Assembly: GCA_050173015.1 (NCBI GenBank)
Contig: JBFXLE010000006.1
Span: 147,665 to 211,664 of the forward strand
From: Calditrichaceae bacterium
GTDB lineage: Bacteria; Calditrichota; Calditrichia; Calditrichales; JBFXGD01
Length of the DNA stretch: 64,000 nt
Direction of reading: 5' to 3'
This document shows, piece by piece, positions 62,235 through 64,000 of this stretch; position 1 is the first letter of the stretch, and each line of letters begins with the position of its first letter. Made by a program: the position numbers and the translations under genes. The notes beneath the pieces were generated by a model. It had not been told where the DNA came from. It saw only the letters and a list, made by a program, of their open reading frames with translations, and did not search any database.

Positions 62235-63275
62235 ATGAAATATAAGATGAAAATAAACGGGACCATGGTTCTCGTGTTCTTTCTTCTCCTTGCTATGCTG
62301 CCCCTTTACGCTGGCTCTGATGCGCGAGTAGGTACAGCAGCAGGCGTCCAGGTCCTTGTACCGGTAGGTGCTCGTGATCTGGCCATGGGCGGTGCAAACA
62401 TTGTCAATACTCAGGGTGTTGACGCCATGTATTGGAATCCCGCGGGTTTGGCGAATTTGGATGGTAAGGCGCAAGGTGCGTTCTCGAACATGACCATATT
62501 CAGTGATATAGGTGTGAACTATCTTGCTCTCGGTGTGAATATGGGCTCGTTGGGAAATTTGGGATTTGATATCAAAAGTTTTGATTTTGGTGATATCCCG
62601 GAGACAACGGTTCTGGATATGGATGGGGCTTCAGGAAAAACATACTCACCCACCTATTCAACTGTTGGGCTTACGTATGCCAATAAATTGACCGAAACAA
62701 TCAGGGTTGGTTTTACCGGTAAAATGATATACGAGTCAATTCCCCGGGCTGAGGCCACCTCTTTTGCCTTCGATATTGGTATTCAGTACATGAACCTGGC
62801 CGGATTAGATGGCGTTTCATTTGCTGTTGTTGCGAAGAACATTGGCCAAAATATGAGTTATGAAGGTTCCGGCTTCTTGTATGCGGTGCAGGATCCGGTA
62901 ACAGACAGAACTGATTATGTTAGCCGCGAGACTTCATCAGATCAATTACCCGCCAGTATAGAATTTGGCGTGGCATATACCTACAAACTGATGGAAAGGA
63001 ACACGCTTCTGATTTCAGGTGACTTTGCGAACAATAATATCGATAACGACGAATTAAAATTCGGTGTCGAGTACAGTTACAATAACTTTGTCGCATTGCG
63101 CGGTGGTTATGTCAATAAGCTTAGCGTTGATTCTGAAGATGAAGATTTTGATTTCAGCTTCGGGGCGGGTATAAATTACAAGCTCGGCAATACAATGCTG
63201 ACACTTGACTATGCCTTCCGTAATTCAGAGTATTTCGATGCCAATAACATGTTCACACTCAAAGTTGGGTTTTAA
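62235..63275 (+). CDS. PorV/PorQ-family outer-membrane beta-barrel
   Basis: VGTAAG..VLVPVGARDLAMGGA, YWNPAGLA, C-terminal FTLKVGF. Confidence 0.88.
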   Translation: MKYKMKINGTMVLVFFLLLAMLPLYAGSDARVGTAAGVQVLVPVGARDLAMGGANIVNTQGVDAMYWNPAGLANLDGKAQGAFSNMTIFSDIGVNYLALGVNMGSLGNLGFDIKSFDFGDIPETTVLDMDGASGKTYSPTYSTVGLTYANKLTETIRVGFTGKMIYESIPRAEATSFAFDIGIQYMNLAGLDGVSFAVVAKNIGQNMSYEGSGFLYAVQDPVTDRTDYVSRETSSDQLPASIEFGVAYTYKLMERNTLLISGDFANNNIDNDELKFGVEYSYNNFVALRGGYVNKLSVDSEDEDFDFSFGAGINYKLGNTMLTLDYAFRNSEYFDANNMFTLKVGF

Positions 63276-63300
63276 TAACTGACTTTTGGTTGAAGTATCA

Positions 63301-63337
63301 AAAAAGGCCGGTGGTTTTTCCACCGGCCTTTTGTTTT
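63301..63337 (+). terminator. Intrinsic (possibly bidirectional) terminator
   Basis: AAAAGGCCGGTGG-TTTTT-CCACCGGCCTTTT then GTTTT. Confidence 0.88.
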
Positions 63338-63352
63338 ATATAGTCAAACGTG

Positions 63353-63443
63353 GAAGTAAGAAGTAGGAAGTGGGAAGTAAGAAGTAGGAAGTAGGAAGTG
63401 GGAAGTAAGAAGCAGGAAGTGGGAAGTAAGAAGTGAGAATTGA
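63353..63443. repeat. Tandem heptamer repeat GAAG(T/C)RR x12 plus one degenerate unit
   Basis: Units GAAGTAA, GAAGTAG, GAAGTGG etc. at exact 7-bp spacing from 63353. Confidence 0.92.
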
Positions 63444-63523
63444 AGAGCGTTAAGAGGAAAGAGTTATGAGTTAAGTGTAGGGCGAGCCAAGCGAAAATTG
63501 GATCTCTAATCCCGGAGGGATGT

Positions 63524-64000
63524 CTATTGAGAAAAAAGTCAATAGGGTGTTCTTCTCCATTATGAATTTTAATTCATTTTTTTTTACTTTGACTTTTGGT
63601 CGAACGGTCTGCCAATGCCGATAATCTTCTTTTTTGTTTTGTGTATTTATTATTTACCTGTTTTTTTTAAATTTTATACTATGCGTCTATTTGAGCTCTG
63701 CCATTTTCCATGAAAAGGCGGCTATGGCAAATTACGAGTTTTATTATAGATGGGGACGGGTTAACCGAAATATGGGCACTTTATCTTTGTGCATCATCCA
63801 GAATGAACTCTCATCCCCAAACTCTTAAATACACTTAGAGCACTCCTGGTCTTTATGGGCTTAACAGCGACCACACCACATTTCTATGCAGCTGTTATTT
63901 CATCTTTTCTCCAACGATACGGTTCATATTTCCGGCCATTTTTGAGCATACTTAAACTTACCTTTGCCAGGTAACGGCTTACCATCTGATGCGCCTGTTT
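63524..64000 (-). mobile_element. Probable IS110-family element, 3' part (extends beyond the window)
   Basis: Transposase-like C-terminus, ~360 bp structured non-coding end, outward TTGACT -35 hexamer near the presumed end. The boundary is inferred. Confidence 0.55.
63884..64000 (-). CDS. C-terminal fragment of a probable IS110-family transposase
   Basis: Manual translation KQAHQMVSRYLAKVSLSMLKNGRKYEPYRWRKDEITAA*, resembling the IS110 tail pattern A..AVARKL....Y.MLK.G..Y.P. Confidence 0.6.
   Translation of the reverse strand, partial: KQAHQMVSRYLAKVSLSMLKNGRKYEPYRWRKDEITAA

Noticed and set aside
63353-63443. Possible CRISPR array
   Set aside because: 7-bp tandem units with no spacers and no cas genes nearby.
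63634-63828. 64-aa + strand ORF
   Set aside because: Low-complexity T-rich start with no SD; better explained as the antisense of the IS non-coding end.

Overview
A 64 kb chromosomal region with almost every gene on the + strand. Strong Shine-Dalgarno use, T9SS-type C-terminal sorting domains and several PorV paralogues suggest an FCB-associated bacterium outside the core Bacteroidota, such as Calditrichota, KSB1 or Ignavibacteria (inference). Housekeeping genes are prfB (programmed +1 frameshift), lysS, lolC/E-lolD, recG, purE, accA, rsmB, lysC-lysA, ffh-rpsP-khpA-rimM-trmD-rplS, dapF and manC. Between them lie envelope and secretion loci. Three PorV-family barrels each sit next to a CTD-bearing protein: a C25/PorU-like peptidase, an M6-like protein that has lost its zinc motif, and a large protein in a TonB-receptor/CTD protein/PorV triad. 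Other envelope genes include a peptidase/beta-propeller/Omp85 fusion, two paralogous pairs of uncharacterised envelope proteins, and candidate protein O-mannosylation genes. Non-coding signals include a structured attenuator-like porV leader, minigenes behind a perfect SD upstream of the TonB receptor, and a heptamer tandem repeat. At the right edge is the 3' end of a probable IS110-family transposase with a structured non-coding end (bridge/seekRNA candidate) next to a REP-like palindrome. No rRNA, tRNA or CRISPR array was recognised. All family calls come from motif recognition, not database searches.
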